From Nitrospirota bacterium (GTDB lineage Bacteria > Nitrospirota > UBA9217), in the NCBI GenBank assembly GCA_963840455.1, contig CAWIYV010000010.1:224001-288000 (forward strand): 64,000 bases of DNA. Reading direction: 5' to 3'. Position numbers and translations under genes: made by a program. The notes beneath the pieces are model-generated. The model was not told the DNA's origin and did not search any database. It saw only the letters and a program-made list of their open reading frames with translations. This document shows positions 31,380 to 40,752 of this stretch, in pieces. How positions within the stretch are numbered: position 1 is the first letter of the stretch; every line of letters starts with the position of its first letter.

Positions 31380-32588
31380 TCACGACTGAAATTTTTTTAT
31401 GACCAACGAGGCATTGTTCCCACCAAAAGCGTATGAATTATTGAGGGCGATGTTAACTTCGTGCGCGCGAGCTTTATTGGGCACACAGTCAATATCGCAT
31501 TCCGGATCAGGTGTTTCATAGTTGATCGTCGGCGGGATCATATCATCCTTCACGATCAGTGCGCATGCGATGGCCTCAAGGGCCGATGCCGCACCCATGG
31601 TATGTCCGAGCATAGACTTAATCGAGCTGACCGGGATCCTGTTGTACCGTGGGCCAAAGACCTCCTTGATCGAAGCGCATTCCATCTTATCGTTCGCAAG
31701 CGTGCCGGTCCCGTGGGCGCTGATATACGATACGTCATCTTTCCCGATGCCGGCTTCGCGCAATGCCCTTGTCATGCATGCTGATATGCCTTCGACCGTG
31801 GCCGTCGTCATGTGGTGTGCATCGCAGCTGAGACCATAGCCGCCTATCTCGGCATAGATGTTGGCCTTTCTCCTTACGGCAGCCTCAAGCGACTCGAGAA
31901 TGATGATCCCTGCGCCTTCAGCGGGGATCATTCCTTTTCTATTTTTGTCAAATGGCTGGCATTTCTCCGGCGCTACCGCCTTGAACTGATTGAAGCCGGT
32001 ATACTCGATCCGAGAAACCGCGTCAGATGCGCCGGCAAGTACAATCTCGGCCCGGCCCAACCTGATGAGATCATAGGCATATGCAATTGCATAGTTGCCT
32101 GCGGCACAGGCAGTAGAAAACATAAAATTAGGACCATGGCAGCTCAGCTCGGCGGCAATGGCGGCCGGTGCCGTGTGCGTCGGCATTTGAGAGAACAGCT
32201 CTTTTCCCGGCTTCCGCTGTCGAACGAGCAGCACATCAACATCTTCTATTGCCTGGGCAGCACCTAATGTCGTTCCATGGGAGACGCCGATCGTGCGGTC
32301 AGCAGCATCCCCGGCCGTGATGCCTGCGTCGTCCCACGCAAGTTTAGCCGAGGCCACGGCCATCTGGGTGGCGCGGTTCATGAATGGCAGCCGGTCCCCG
32401 GGGATGAAATTTTCGGCCCTGAAATCTCGCACTTCGCCGCCGTTGTGGGTGAAATGGTTCGCAGTATCGAAAGACGTAACCGGGCTGATCCCTGATCTCC
32501 CGTCCAGAAGATTCCCCCAGAACTCCTTCCATCCGATGCCGATGGAGGAGACGACGCCCAGGCCAGTTATGACGACGCGCTTATTCAT
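31380..32588 (-). CDS. beta-ketoacyl-ACP synthase (FabF-like, catalytically intact)
   Basis: STACAAG (Cys), SAHGTGT (His), KSMLGHTMGA (His), NSYAFGGNN. Confidence 0.95.
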   Translation of the reverse strand: MNKRVVITGLGVVSSIGIGWKEFWGNLLDGRSGISPVTSFDTANHFTHNGGEVRDFRAENFIPGDRLPFMNRATQMAVASAKLAWDDAGITAGDAADRTIGVSHGTTLGAAQAIEDVDVLLVRQRKPGKELFSQMPTHTAPAAIAAELSCHGPNFMFSTACAAGNYAIAYAYDLIRLGRAEIVLAGASDAVSRIEYTGFNQFKAVAPEKCQPFDKNRKGMIPAEGAGIIILESLEAAVRRKANIYAEIGGYGLSCDAHHMTTATVEGISACMTRALREAGIGKDDVSYISAHGTGTLANDKMECASIKEVFGPRYNRIPVSSIKSMLGHTMGAASALEAIACALIVKDDMIPPTINYETPDPECDIDCVPNKARAHEVNIALNNSYAFGGNNASLVIKKFQS

Positions 32589-33021
32589 GCTTTACGCTGA
32601 ACACCAGCTCCGCCTCAGCGACCTTTGTCTCGCCTACCGAGGCCGCTCCCGACACATAGGCTCCGGTTGGCAGGGATTTGACGTTTTCAACGGTTATTCT
32701 GATCTGATCTCCCGGAGTGACCGCATGCAGAAAGCGGGCTTTGACCGAGCCGAAGTAGTACAGAGGCTTTGGAGCCCCCTCCGGCGGCCCGTTCTTCGAT
32801 GCGAACATGACAATGGCCGCCTGCGCCATGGCCTCGATGATGGCCGCCCCGGGCATGACGGCCTTTTCCGGGAAATGGCCGAGAAAGAAGATGTCGTTCC
32901 CTGAGACGTTCTTGATCGCCACCGCGCGCTTGCCCGGCTCGATCTCGACGATCCGGTCCAGCATGATGAAGGGAAAACGCTGGGGGATAAGCTTCTTGAT
33001 CTCTTCAAAATCGAGCTGCAT
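32581..33021 (-). CDS. fabZ: 3-hydroxyacyl-ACP dehydratase (FabZ-like)
   Basis: IPQRFPFIMLD, GHFPEKAVMPGAAIIEAMAQ. Confidence 0.9.
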   Translation of the reverse strand: MQLDFEEIKKLIPQRFPFIMLDRIVEIEPGKRAVAIKNVSGNDIFFLGHFPEKAVMPGAAIIEAMAQAAIVMFASKNGPPEGAPKPLYYFGSVKARFLHAVTPGDQIRITVENVKSLPTGAYVSGAASVGETKVAEAELVFSVKHE

Positions 33022-33024
33022 GTG

Positions 33025-34260
33025 TCACCGTCCTCTGCCGCCGAGGATGACGGCCGCATTCTGTCCGTAGGGGTCGGCAGCGGTCACGAGCACCCTGCCC
33101 ACCGGCCGCTGTCGGGCCGAGTTCGGCACGTTGTCGAGGTCGCAGTGCGGGTCAGGCCTGTGATAGCTCACCGTGGGGGGAATAAAGCCCTTTCGTATGG
33201 CTCCGACCGCGGCAGACAGCGCCAAAGCGCCCGAAGCGGAGAATGACTCTCCTATCATCGACTTGATCGCGCTCACCGGAACGCTGGACGCATGACTCCC
33301 GAGCACCTCCTTCAAGACCCTCGTCTCCATACGGTCGAGCCCTGGCGTTCCGTTCGCGCAGGCGCAGACATATTCAAGATCTTCGGGCCGGCTTTGAGCG
33401 TCTTCGAGCGCAAGTTCGATGGCGGTCTTCAGGCCTTTTCCTGCACGTTCAAAAGAACTGTCCGATCCGGGATCAAAGGCGTTCCCGGCGCCCAGCACCA
33501 CGGCGAGTATCTCGGCTCCCCGGCTCACGGCATGCTGTTCATCTTCCAATACCAGCATTGCCGCGCCCTCAGACAGGACGAACCCATCCCTGGCCGCATC
33601 AAAGGGCCGGCTGACCGGTTCGCCGCCGCTCATCCCGGACAGATATCCCAGGTTATGGAACAGGAGAAATGTCTCTTCGCAGAGCTCTTCCACACCCCCG
33701 GCAAGGACAACATCAGCCCTTCCCTGCCGGATGAAATCAGCTGCGTAGGAGACGGCATCGAGCCCGGCACAGAAGCCGGTGGATATGGTGGTATTGAAAC
33801 CCTTGATGTTGAAACGGATCGAGACCTGACTTGCCGGAGCGTTGATGACCGTGTTCGGGAAATGGGATGGATTGACGAGCCTCGGTCCTTCGATGAGGCC
33901 TGAGCGGTCGAACTGGGAGATGCTGTGGAGGCTTCCGAAGGTCGAACCAAGCGATACGCCGATCGCGCCGGTATTGACGTTAGTGATATCAAGCCTGCTG
34001 TCGTCCAGGGCGAGCTTCGCTGCGGAACAGGCAAGACGCGCGCTCCGGTCAAGTTCCCGAAGCCCTTTTTTCCCGAGATATTCCACCGGGTCGAAACCGG
34101 CGATCTCGCCCGCAAGCTTCACAGCATACGGAGCCGCGTCAAAAAGCGTTATGGGCCGGAAGCCCTTCTCACCGTGTGCCAGTGCCTGCCAATATGCATC
34201 CCTGCCCTTTCCGATCGAGGAGATGACCCCCAGACCGGTTATGACGACCGTTTTCCCCAT
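33025..34260 (-). CDS. ketosynthase-like chain-length factor (non-catalytic KS)
   Basis: KS fold with the catalytic triad replaced: STGFCAG, CACANGT, KSMIGESF. Confidence 0.85.
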   Translation of the reverse strand: MGKTVVITGLGVISSIGKGRDAYWQALAHGEKGFRPITLFDAAPYAVKLAGEIAGFDPVEYLGKKGLRELDRSARLACSAAKLALDDSRLDITNVNTGAIGVSLGSTFGSLHSISQFDRSGLIEGPRLVNPSHFPNTVINAPASQVSIRFNIKGFNTTISTGFCAGLDAVSYAADFIRQGRADVVLAGGVEELCEETFLLFHNLGYLSGMSGGEPVSRPFDAARDGFVLSEGAAMLVLEDEQHAVSRGAEILAVVLGAGNAFDPGSDSSFERAGKGLKTAIELALEDAQSRPEDLEYVCACANGTPGLDRMETRVLKEVLGSHASSVPVSAIKSMIGESFSASGALALSAAVGAIRKGFIPPTVSYHRPDPHCDLDNVPNSARQRPVGRVLVTAADPYGQNAAVILGGRGR

Positions 34261-34266
34261 GTCCCC

Positions 34267-35022
34267 TTACATTCCCAGGCCGCCGTCTATCTGGACAACC
34301 TGCCCGGTCATATAATGCGACGCATCGCTCACCAAAAAAAGCACCGCCTGCGCAACCTCGCCGGCCGTGCCGAACCGTCCCAACGGGATCTGCTGGAGGG
34401 CCTTTTCCCGGAATTTTTCGCCAAGCTGCGATGTCATGTCTGTTTCGATGAATCCGGGAGCGACGGCATTTACGCGGATGTTGTACGGTGCCACTTCTTT
34501 TGCCAGCGACTTCGTGAATCCGATGATCCCCGCCTTGGCCGCGGCATAGTTCACCTGGCCCGCCATGGGCCGGATGCCGCTGACCGACGAAACATTCACG
34601 ACGTTCCCGCTTTTCTGCTTGAGGAAAGTGATGATACAGGCGCGGGTCGTATTGAAGACTCCCGTCAGATCGGTGTCGATGACGTCGCCCCAGTCCTCCC
34701 TGCTCATCGCCATGAGCGACCGATCGCGGGTGATGCCGGCGTTATTGACGAGGATGTCGAGCCTGCCGAACTCGCCTTTGACCTGCTCGATCATGGTTTT
34801 CGCGCCTTCGAAGTCCCGGACATCGAGCCGTATCGGTAAAGCCCGTTGTCCCAAAGCCCGAACCTCGGCAGCCAGGGCCTCGGCGGCTTCCTGGTGAGCC
34901 GTATAGGTGAACGCGCAGTCAGCGCCCTGCCCGCTCAGGGCAAGCACAATGGCGCGTCCTATGCCCCGCGACCCGCCCGTAACAATGGCCGTGTTATCGC
35001 GCAGCCGCTTCTGGTCCAACAA
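34267..35022 (-). CDS. fabG: 3-oxoacyl-ACP reductase (FabG-like)
   Basis: TGGSRGIG, NNAGITRD, YAAAKAG, APGFIETDMT; TTG start after ggagg. Confidence 0.92.
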   Translation of the reverse strand: MLDQKRLRDNTAIVTGGSRGIGRAIVLALSGQGADCAFTYTAHQEAAEALAAEVRALGQRALPIRLDVRDFEGAKTMIEQVKGEFGRLDILVNNAGITRDRSLMAMSREDWGDVIDTDLTGVFNTTRACIITFLKQKSGNVVNVSSVSGIRPMAGQVNYAAAKAGIIGFTKSLAKEVAPYNIRVNAVAPGFIETDMTSQLGEKFREKALQQIPLGRFGTAGEVAQAVLFLVSDASHYMTGQVVQIDGGLGM

Positions 35023-35137
35023 ACCTCCCGGTCCTGCGGAACGATACGTCATCAGCGAAGCCAGGTGAACGAGAATTCCCGCCCGCTCGATTTCAGAGGC
35101 CTTGGTTTCGTCCGCTCCGCCTGTCCCGTGCGCCCCA

Positions 35138-36187
35138 TTACTTGGTGGACGAATAGAACACGATCACACCGCTCCTGTCGCGGGTCATGGTCATCTTGTC
35201 CACAGGTATTCCCGCCTCGCCAAGGATCCGCTCGAAGTCCTTCACTGTCCGCTGCAGGAACCCGTCCCAATCCGCGATCCAGTGGTACTCCTGGGCACGG
35301 TAGCGGTCCGCATCCTTGAACGCGGCAATGAGCTTCCCGCCTTTGTTCAGCAGCTGGTAGAGGGACCGCAGCAGCTTTACGAGAAAATCATCAGGGAGGT
35401 AATCGAAATATCCCACGCTGTAGATCACATCCTGGGGACCGAACTCAGCTTTGGCGATGTCGTGGTCGAACATCCTGAGCGCGTTGTACTTGGTCACCGT
35501 TATCTGCTCAGGAGCCAGGTCCGCAGGCGCGAACCGTTTCACGGCGAAATCCAGGGCGTCGCCGTCGAGGTCGATGCAGGTGAACTTCGCCTTCGATTGT
35601 CTGATATCCGGGACCAGCATCGAGACCTCACGGCACGAACCGCAGGCAATATCCAGCACTTTCAGGTCCTGCCTCGCGGAAAGCTCGGCATGGAGAAGCT
35701 CGGTCAGCTTCTCAAGCCTCCCTCGCAGGGCGTGGGCGAGCGGCCAGTCCAGGATATATTTGTCCAGATAGTATCCAATTCCGTCGGACATTGGCGTGTT
35801 CCGATACGCGGTTTCTAGTGTCTTGTAGTCTCCCTGGTAGCCCTGCGGCCAGGTCCGGATCCGGTTGATGGCATAGCTTTTTGAAAGAAAGGGGTGGGTC
35901 CTCTTGCGGAAATAGGACCGGGTGGCCTTTATCACGTTCTCATCCTTGACCTCCGCCTCGAACTGTGCACAGACCTTCAGGACCGTATCGTTCAAGGTTA
36001 CGATGTCCCGGAGAATGGCCTCCTCATCCGCCTGGTCACCCGCGATGCGTCGCTCCAGGGTCCTCAGTTCCTCCATGTAGCGCTCGATCGCCTGCCCGAG
36101 GATGAGCGTGTATTTTTCCTGCTCTTCTCCGACCGACCAGAGGGCATCCTGCTCAGCATTAACCCCGTATTTCAGTTCGTTCTCCAT
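35138..36187 (-). CDS. class I SAM-dependent methyltransferase, PhcB-like
   Basis: WPQGYQGDY, VLDIACGSCRE, CIDLDGDAL, DVIYSVGYFDYLPD; resemblance to the PhcB family is from recalled motifs, not a search. Confidence 0.8.
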   Translation of the reverse strand: MENELKYGVNAEQDALWSVGEEQEKYTLILGQAIERYMEELRTLERRIAGDQADEEAILRDIVTLNDTVLKVCAQFEAEVKDENVIKATRSYFRKRTHPFLSKSYAINRIRTWPQGYQGDYKTLETAYRNTPMSDGIGYYLDKYILDWPLAHALRGRLEKLTELLHAELSARQDLKVLDIACGSCREVSMLVPDIRQSKAKFTCIDLDGDALDFAVKRFAPADLAPEQITVTKYNALRMFDHDIAKAEFGPQDVIYSVGYFDYLPDDFLVKLLRSLYQLLNKGGKLIAAFKDADRYRAQEYHWIADWDGFLQRTVKDFERILGEAGIPVDKMTMTRDRSGVIVFYSSTK

Positions 36188-36439
36188 AATAATTGCTCTC
36201 CTTATTGTCAGAATGTTTGATGTGATGCCGGCACACCGGATACCGTGGGGCGTGACCACTTGGGGCACGGCAGCGGTCAGCTCATGAACAGATGCGGGGG
36301 GTCACCTCCTTCTTCTAGCAAAGTGATAGTGCATCAATGCTCAGCCCCGATAGTGCCGGCCAGGGGCTATTTCTCAGTACAGTGAACGATTGATAATGAA
36401 AAGGACAGGGTAGCGTAACGAGCGACTGCGACGACTAAA

Positions 36440-36478
36440 ACATTACCTGCAGAGCGGAATTAAGTCAAGTTTTTTTTG
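36440..36478 (-). promoter_or_regulatory. putative sigma70 promoter of the methyltransferase/FAS/kinase operon
   Basis: minus strand TTGACT-17nt-TAATGT with an upstream A-tract. Confidence 0.55.
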
Positions 36479-36609
36479 TTTCAAAAGTGGTCGTGCGAAA
36501 GGTTCAGGAAGGCATAAGAGGACTACTTTAGGATTATGAACGAGCAACGCCTCGTCGTTGCGGTTATGTGCGCTGCATCTGATGCGAGAACAGGAAAGGG
36601 AGGGGAGCT

Positions 36610-37290
36610 TTAGATGGCGGAGATTATGCCGCGGTCCATACGGAAGTGCTGCTGGGTCTGGCGGGCAAGGTCGGAATTATGGGTGACCATGATGAAGGTG
36701 GTGCCGTGCTCTTTGTTCATCCGGAGAAAGAACTGCATCATGTCGTTCTCGGTCTCCTCGTCAAGGTCGCCCGTCGGTTCGTCGGCGAGGATGAGCTCGG
36801 GGCTGTTCATGAAGGCCCGGGCGATGGCCACGCGGCGCTGCTGACCGCCCGAGAGCTGGGAAGGATGGGCATTGATCTTGTCGCTGAGCCCTACTGCACG
36901 GAGGAGCTCCGTCGCTCTCTGCTCGTGGCCATCACCGGCTGTCCGCTGCGGCCGGAACGCGACAGGCAGCAGGAGGTTCTCCTTCGCCGTCAGGATCGGG
37001 AGCAGGCTCGCGGACTGGAACATGAAGCCGACCTGCTCGCACCGGTACTCCGAAAGCCGGTCGCTGGTCCAGGTATAGAGGTCCTCGCCGTTGAACAGAA
37101 CCCGGCCCGCTGTGGGAGAGACCATCCCGCCGACGAGCGACAGGAGTGTCGTCTTGCCCGAGCCGGAATGGCCCACGATGGAGACGAACGATCCCTTCTC
37201 GATGGTCAGGGATGCGTTCTTCACCGCGACGATGGTGTCGCTTCCCACCGGGTACTCCTTCACTACCTTGTCGATCACGATCTGGCTCAT
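36610..37290 (-). CDS. ABC transporter ATP-binding protein (LolD/MacB type)
   Basis: GHSGSGKT, LSGGQQRRVAIARA, ADEPTGDLD, VTH. Confidence 0.95.
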   Translation of the reverse strand: MSQIVIDKVVKEYPVGSDTIVAVKNASLTIEKGSFVSIVGHSGSGKTTLLSLVGGMVSPTAGRVLFNGEDLYTWTSDRLSEYRCEQVGFMFQSASLLPILTAKENLLLPVAFRPQRTAGDGHEQRATELLRAVGLSDKINAHPSQLSGGQQRRVAIARAFMNSPELILADEPTGDLDEETENDMMQFFLRMNKEHGTTFIMVTHNSDLARQTQQHFRMDRGIISAI

Positions 37291-37292
37291 GC

Positions 37293-38483
37293 TTACTCCG
37301 TTTTGATCACCATCAGGGGCTCCATCTTCTTGAGACGCTGGATCGGCCCCAGTGCGCCGAGCACGCAGATCGCCGTCCCGCCCAGGAAGCTCATTACCGA
37401 GATCACGACCCGTTCCATGACGGAAAGATCGGTGGAGAGATGCTTGACGATGGAGAATGTCTTCGCGAAGAGCGCGGATAGGCCAGTCCCCGCGACGATG
37501 CCGAGGACGCTCCCGGCAAGGCCGATGACCAGCACCTCGATCAGGAATATCCGGAAGATGTGCCGTTCCTTCGCGCCCAGGGCGCGCATGATGCCCACCT
37601 CCTTGGCCCGCTCGTTCGCGATGGCGGTAAAGATGGCCCAGACCAGGAAAAAGGACATGATCGCCGTCAGGGAGATGGTCATGGTGAAGATCCTGCTCAT
37701 GTCCGTGAGCGTTGTGATGATGTTCTTGCCGATGTCCTTGCGGGCCATGGCATCGGCCTCGATGATATTGTCCTCGACCTCCGCAGCAACCGTTGCCGGG
37801 TCGACACCGGGCTTTACCTTGACCAGGATCACCGAGATATCATCAGGCTGCAGGTTCTTCACCTTGCCGCTCGCGACGATCGCCAGCATGTTCTCCATCC
37901 CGATGAACACCGCCCTGTCGTACCCCGTACCGGTCCTTTCCAACGACCCGACGAGCCTGAACACGTTCCCGAACAGCATGCTGTCCATCTCGACGAGCCC
38001 CAGCCGGATGTTGAACGCCGATTCGTCGCCGGCGACCGCCTCTCCCTTGCCGAGCCTGCGCTGAAGCTTCTCCGCCAGCCAGGGCTTGATGATGAAGTCC
38101 GTGTCCTGGTTGAAGGCGATCACCATCGAATCGGGGACGGAGCAACATACGCCCGCGACCGTGACGAGGTACACCTGCTCGGTGGCCTTCTCGACGCCCG
38201 GAAGGGCCCGCACACGATCAAGGATGCTCCGTTTCATATAGAAGGTCTTGATCCGGTTCTCGAGCAGGATCTCCTCGGCCGCTCCCCGCGCGTTGGTGGG
38301 CACGACCAGCACGTCCGCTCCGAGCCGCTCCGTGCTCTTCTTGATGCTGCCGTTCACACGCTGGACAAAGGACAGCGAGAACACGAGCGCCGATGACAGC
38401 AGCGCAATGGCGAAAATCAGGATGGCGGTTCGGAGGGGCTTCCGCTTGAGGTTCTTGATGGCAAAGGGAGTAAGGCTCGGCAT
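37293..38483 (-). CDS. ABC transporter permease (MacB-like periplasmic core + FtsX)
   Basis: KNLKRKPLRT, LGADVLVVP, periplasmic CC motif, ERAKEVGIMRALGA. Confidence 0.92.
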   Translation of the reverse strand: MPSLTPFAIKNLKRKPLRTAILIFAIALLSSALVFSLSFVQRVNGSIKKSTERLGADVLVVPTNARGAAEEILLENRIKTFYMKRSILDRVRALPGVEKATEQVYLVTVAGVCCSVPDSMVIAFNQDTDFIIKPWLAEKLQRRLGKGEAVAGDESAFNIRLGLVEMDSMLFGNVFRLVGSLERTGTGYDRAVFIGMENMLAIVASGKVKNLQPDDISVILVKVKPGVDPATVAAEVEDNIIEADAMARKDIGKNIITTLTDMSRIFTMTISLTAIMSFFLVWAIFTAIANERAKEVGIMRALGAKERHIFRIFLIEVLVIGLAGSVLGIVAGTGLSALFAKTFSIVKHLSTDLSVMERVVISVMSFLGGTAICVLGALGPIQRLKKMEPLMVIKTE

Positions 38484-38695
38484 GGGAAGGTCTATCTTTC
38501 TCGCATCATGATCGCGGTTCAATATCTAGATCATTATACCGGATGGATGAATTCTTATGCAAGCGGCAAATGAGACGATCTGCCGGATTCGGCCCGGGCC
38601 CATCCGGGGCGCACCAGCTCCGGCGCGCAGGCACAAAAAAACCTCTCCCCGCGGATGGACCGCAGGGAGAGGTCATGGTCAGCAGATGGTGGTGA

Positions 38696-39853
38696 TTACT
38701 TCTTGAAGTTCGCGTCGAGGCCGCAGAGCACGGCGTTCTTGTCGCCCTGGCCCATGCTCTTGTGGCAATTAAAGCAGGTCGACATGGTCCTGGAGGAGAC
38801 CGTCCTTGCGCCGGCATCATAGAGCATGAACACGCCGTCGGTGATGGTCTTTGCTTCGCCCTTCTCGTCCTTGATCCCCTTGCCTTCCACATCGCAGCCC
38901 TCGGCAACGTTGCGGACCGTCAGGAGCGCGAACTTGCCGTCAGGCGTCGGCATGGCGTCATGGAGCTGATGGGCGGCAGGCATCATCTTCTCGTCAACGA
39001 GCTTCAGGGTCTTGGCATCGAGCACCCAGAGGCGGTCGGCAGCGGACTGCATGATGTACTTGCCGTCCTTCGTGAAATACTGGCGGAAGGTGATGGTGTT
39101 GTTCGGGTCGCCCTTTATCGTGTTCTTGGTGATGACCTTCAGCTTGCCCTTCTCGAGCTGAGCCAGGTCAACCAGCACGAAGTCCACGTCGCCGGTCATC
39201 TTGCCGTCCTTCACCTGGTTCATGGTGAACACCCAGGTCTTCATGTCAGGCGAGTTCGTGCCGTGCGTGAACTTGTAGGTGCCCTTGGCATAGCCCATAT
39301 CGCTGATGAACACGCGGTGCAGGTGCTTCAGGTCCTTCTTGCTGAACACGTCCACATAGCCTTCCACGCCCATGAATACCGGCATGTAGTTATCCTTGCT
39401 CTGGCCGGAAGCGCAGTATAGCGGAGGCTTGTCACCAGGCGCGCGCGCCGGATCCGGCGTCAGAGTTACGTCCTGAATGACCTTGCCGGTCTTGAGGTCG
39501 GACTTGCCGACATGCATCTTCTTGTTGGTATCGGGAATATAGGTGGACCAGAACAGCACGGTCGGGTCGTTCGAGTCGATCCGGGCGTCATGCGTGGCAT
39601 GAGAGGTCTTGTCCCCGATGTCCACTTTATCCAGCTTGGTGATCTTCACCGGCTCGTTGGCATTGCTCGGGTCGATGATCACCTCAGCCTGGGCGAAGTG
39701 GCCGCCGTGACCGGCAACGTACACCGTGGCCGAATAGGTCGGGCCGGCCGCGACCGCTGTAGGCACCGCGGTGGTCGGCGCGACCGTCGTGAGCGCAAGA
39801 TAGCTCACCAAGACTACTGCGACAATTGCGAAAAGCACTGCAAACTTTTTCAT
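38696..39853 (-). CDS. exported His/Cys-rich putative beta-propeller protein with C-terminal CxxCH
   Basis: N-terminal signal/anchor; blade-like repeats (SPDMK, TKDGKY, TPDGKF); CFNCH. Confidence 0.75.
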   Translation of the reverse strand: MKKFAVLFAIVAVVLVSYLALTTVAPTTAVPTAVAAGPTYSATVYVAGHGGHFAQAEVIIDPSNANEPVKITKLDKVDIGDKTSHATHDARIDSNDPTVLFWSTYIPDTNKKMHVGKSDLKTGKVIQDVTLTPDPARAPGDKPPLYCASGQSKDNYMPVFMGVEGYVDVFSKKDLKHLHRVFISDMGYAKGTYKFTHGTNSPDMKTWVFTMNQVKDGKMTGDVDFVLVDLAQLEKGKLKVITKNTIKGDPNNTITFRQYFTKDGKYIMQSAADRLWVLDAKTLKLVDEKMMPAAHQLHDAMPTPDGKFALLTVRNVAEGCDVEGKGIKDEKGEAKTITDGVFMLYDAGARTVSSRTMSTCFNCHKSMGQGDKNAVLCGLDANFKK

Positions 39854-40046
39854 TGTGGATCTCCCCTTTCCTTCGTATGATTAAGATACCTTGTTGAGTT
39901 AGTGACCAGAACGTTTACTTCTGACTCAAGAGTGTTGTATTCTTGCCCGCTCTCACCTCCCCTTTTTACAAGATCTGCAGGATCGTTAATGAAGTCTTTC
40001 CGAACAGGCCACGTCATGGGCCCGCCCCTTTTAACCTTTATCTTAT

Positions 40047-40502
40047 CTACTTCTGGAACTGGAACGGCACCGTCCGTTGTCCGGACCGTTCGAACCGGAG
40101 CGTAAGGGCCAGCTCCGATCCTTTCTGGATGGTCTTCGGCATATTAAAGATCATGATATGGAAGCTTCCCGGTTTGAGCTCCACGGTATCCCGGGCAGGG
40201 ACGGGGATCTCCTCGATCCGTACCATCCGATTTTCCCTCACGTCGTGGAACTCAATCACCGTCTTCGGCAGCGACGCCGTGACCCCGATCAGGTTGTCAC
40301 GGCCGCCGGCGTTCCGGATCGTCATGTAGAGAGAGCCGGAGCCGATAAAGAGCGGCGAAAGCTCGGCATACTGGCCTTCAATGGTGATCTGCGGCGGGGA
40401 AGAGGAGCATCCCGTGCCCGCGATGATCAGGACCGCCAGCACCACCCCCCGAAGAACGATCAACGATGCATGTGAGCGGTTGGCTTTCCGTTGCATCATC
40501 AT
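40047..40502 (-). CDS. copper chaperone PCu(A)C lipoprotein
   Basis: lipobox GTG-C; YMTIRNAG, H...M...HIM metal motif, LTLRFE. Confidence 0.88.
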   Translation of the reverse strand: MMMQRKANRSHASLIVLRGVVLAVLIIAGTGCSSSPPQITIEGQYAELSPLFIGSGSLYMTIRNAGGRDNLIGVTASLPKTVIEFHDVRENRMVRIEEIPVPARDTVELKPGSFHIMIFNMPKTIQKGSELALTLRFERSGQRTVPFQFQK

Positions 40503-40752
40503 GGAAGAATTGCCGGATCCATCAGATATGAGCTATGAGCACACGAGAGCATTCTGATGAAGTACCGTATATTAGTGCAGGGTCTTGCGGCATGTCAACG
40601 TAAAATTCTAACTTGAGAGTATATATTGTTCATTTTTAGGGGTTTTCTTTGCTCTTTTCGTTACGAAAAGTGATGCGTGGCGCGCCCTTCCCCTTTTCCG
40701 CTTTTTTTGGTATGATTATCACCAGCCGGACATCACGAAAGGAGACCGAACA

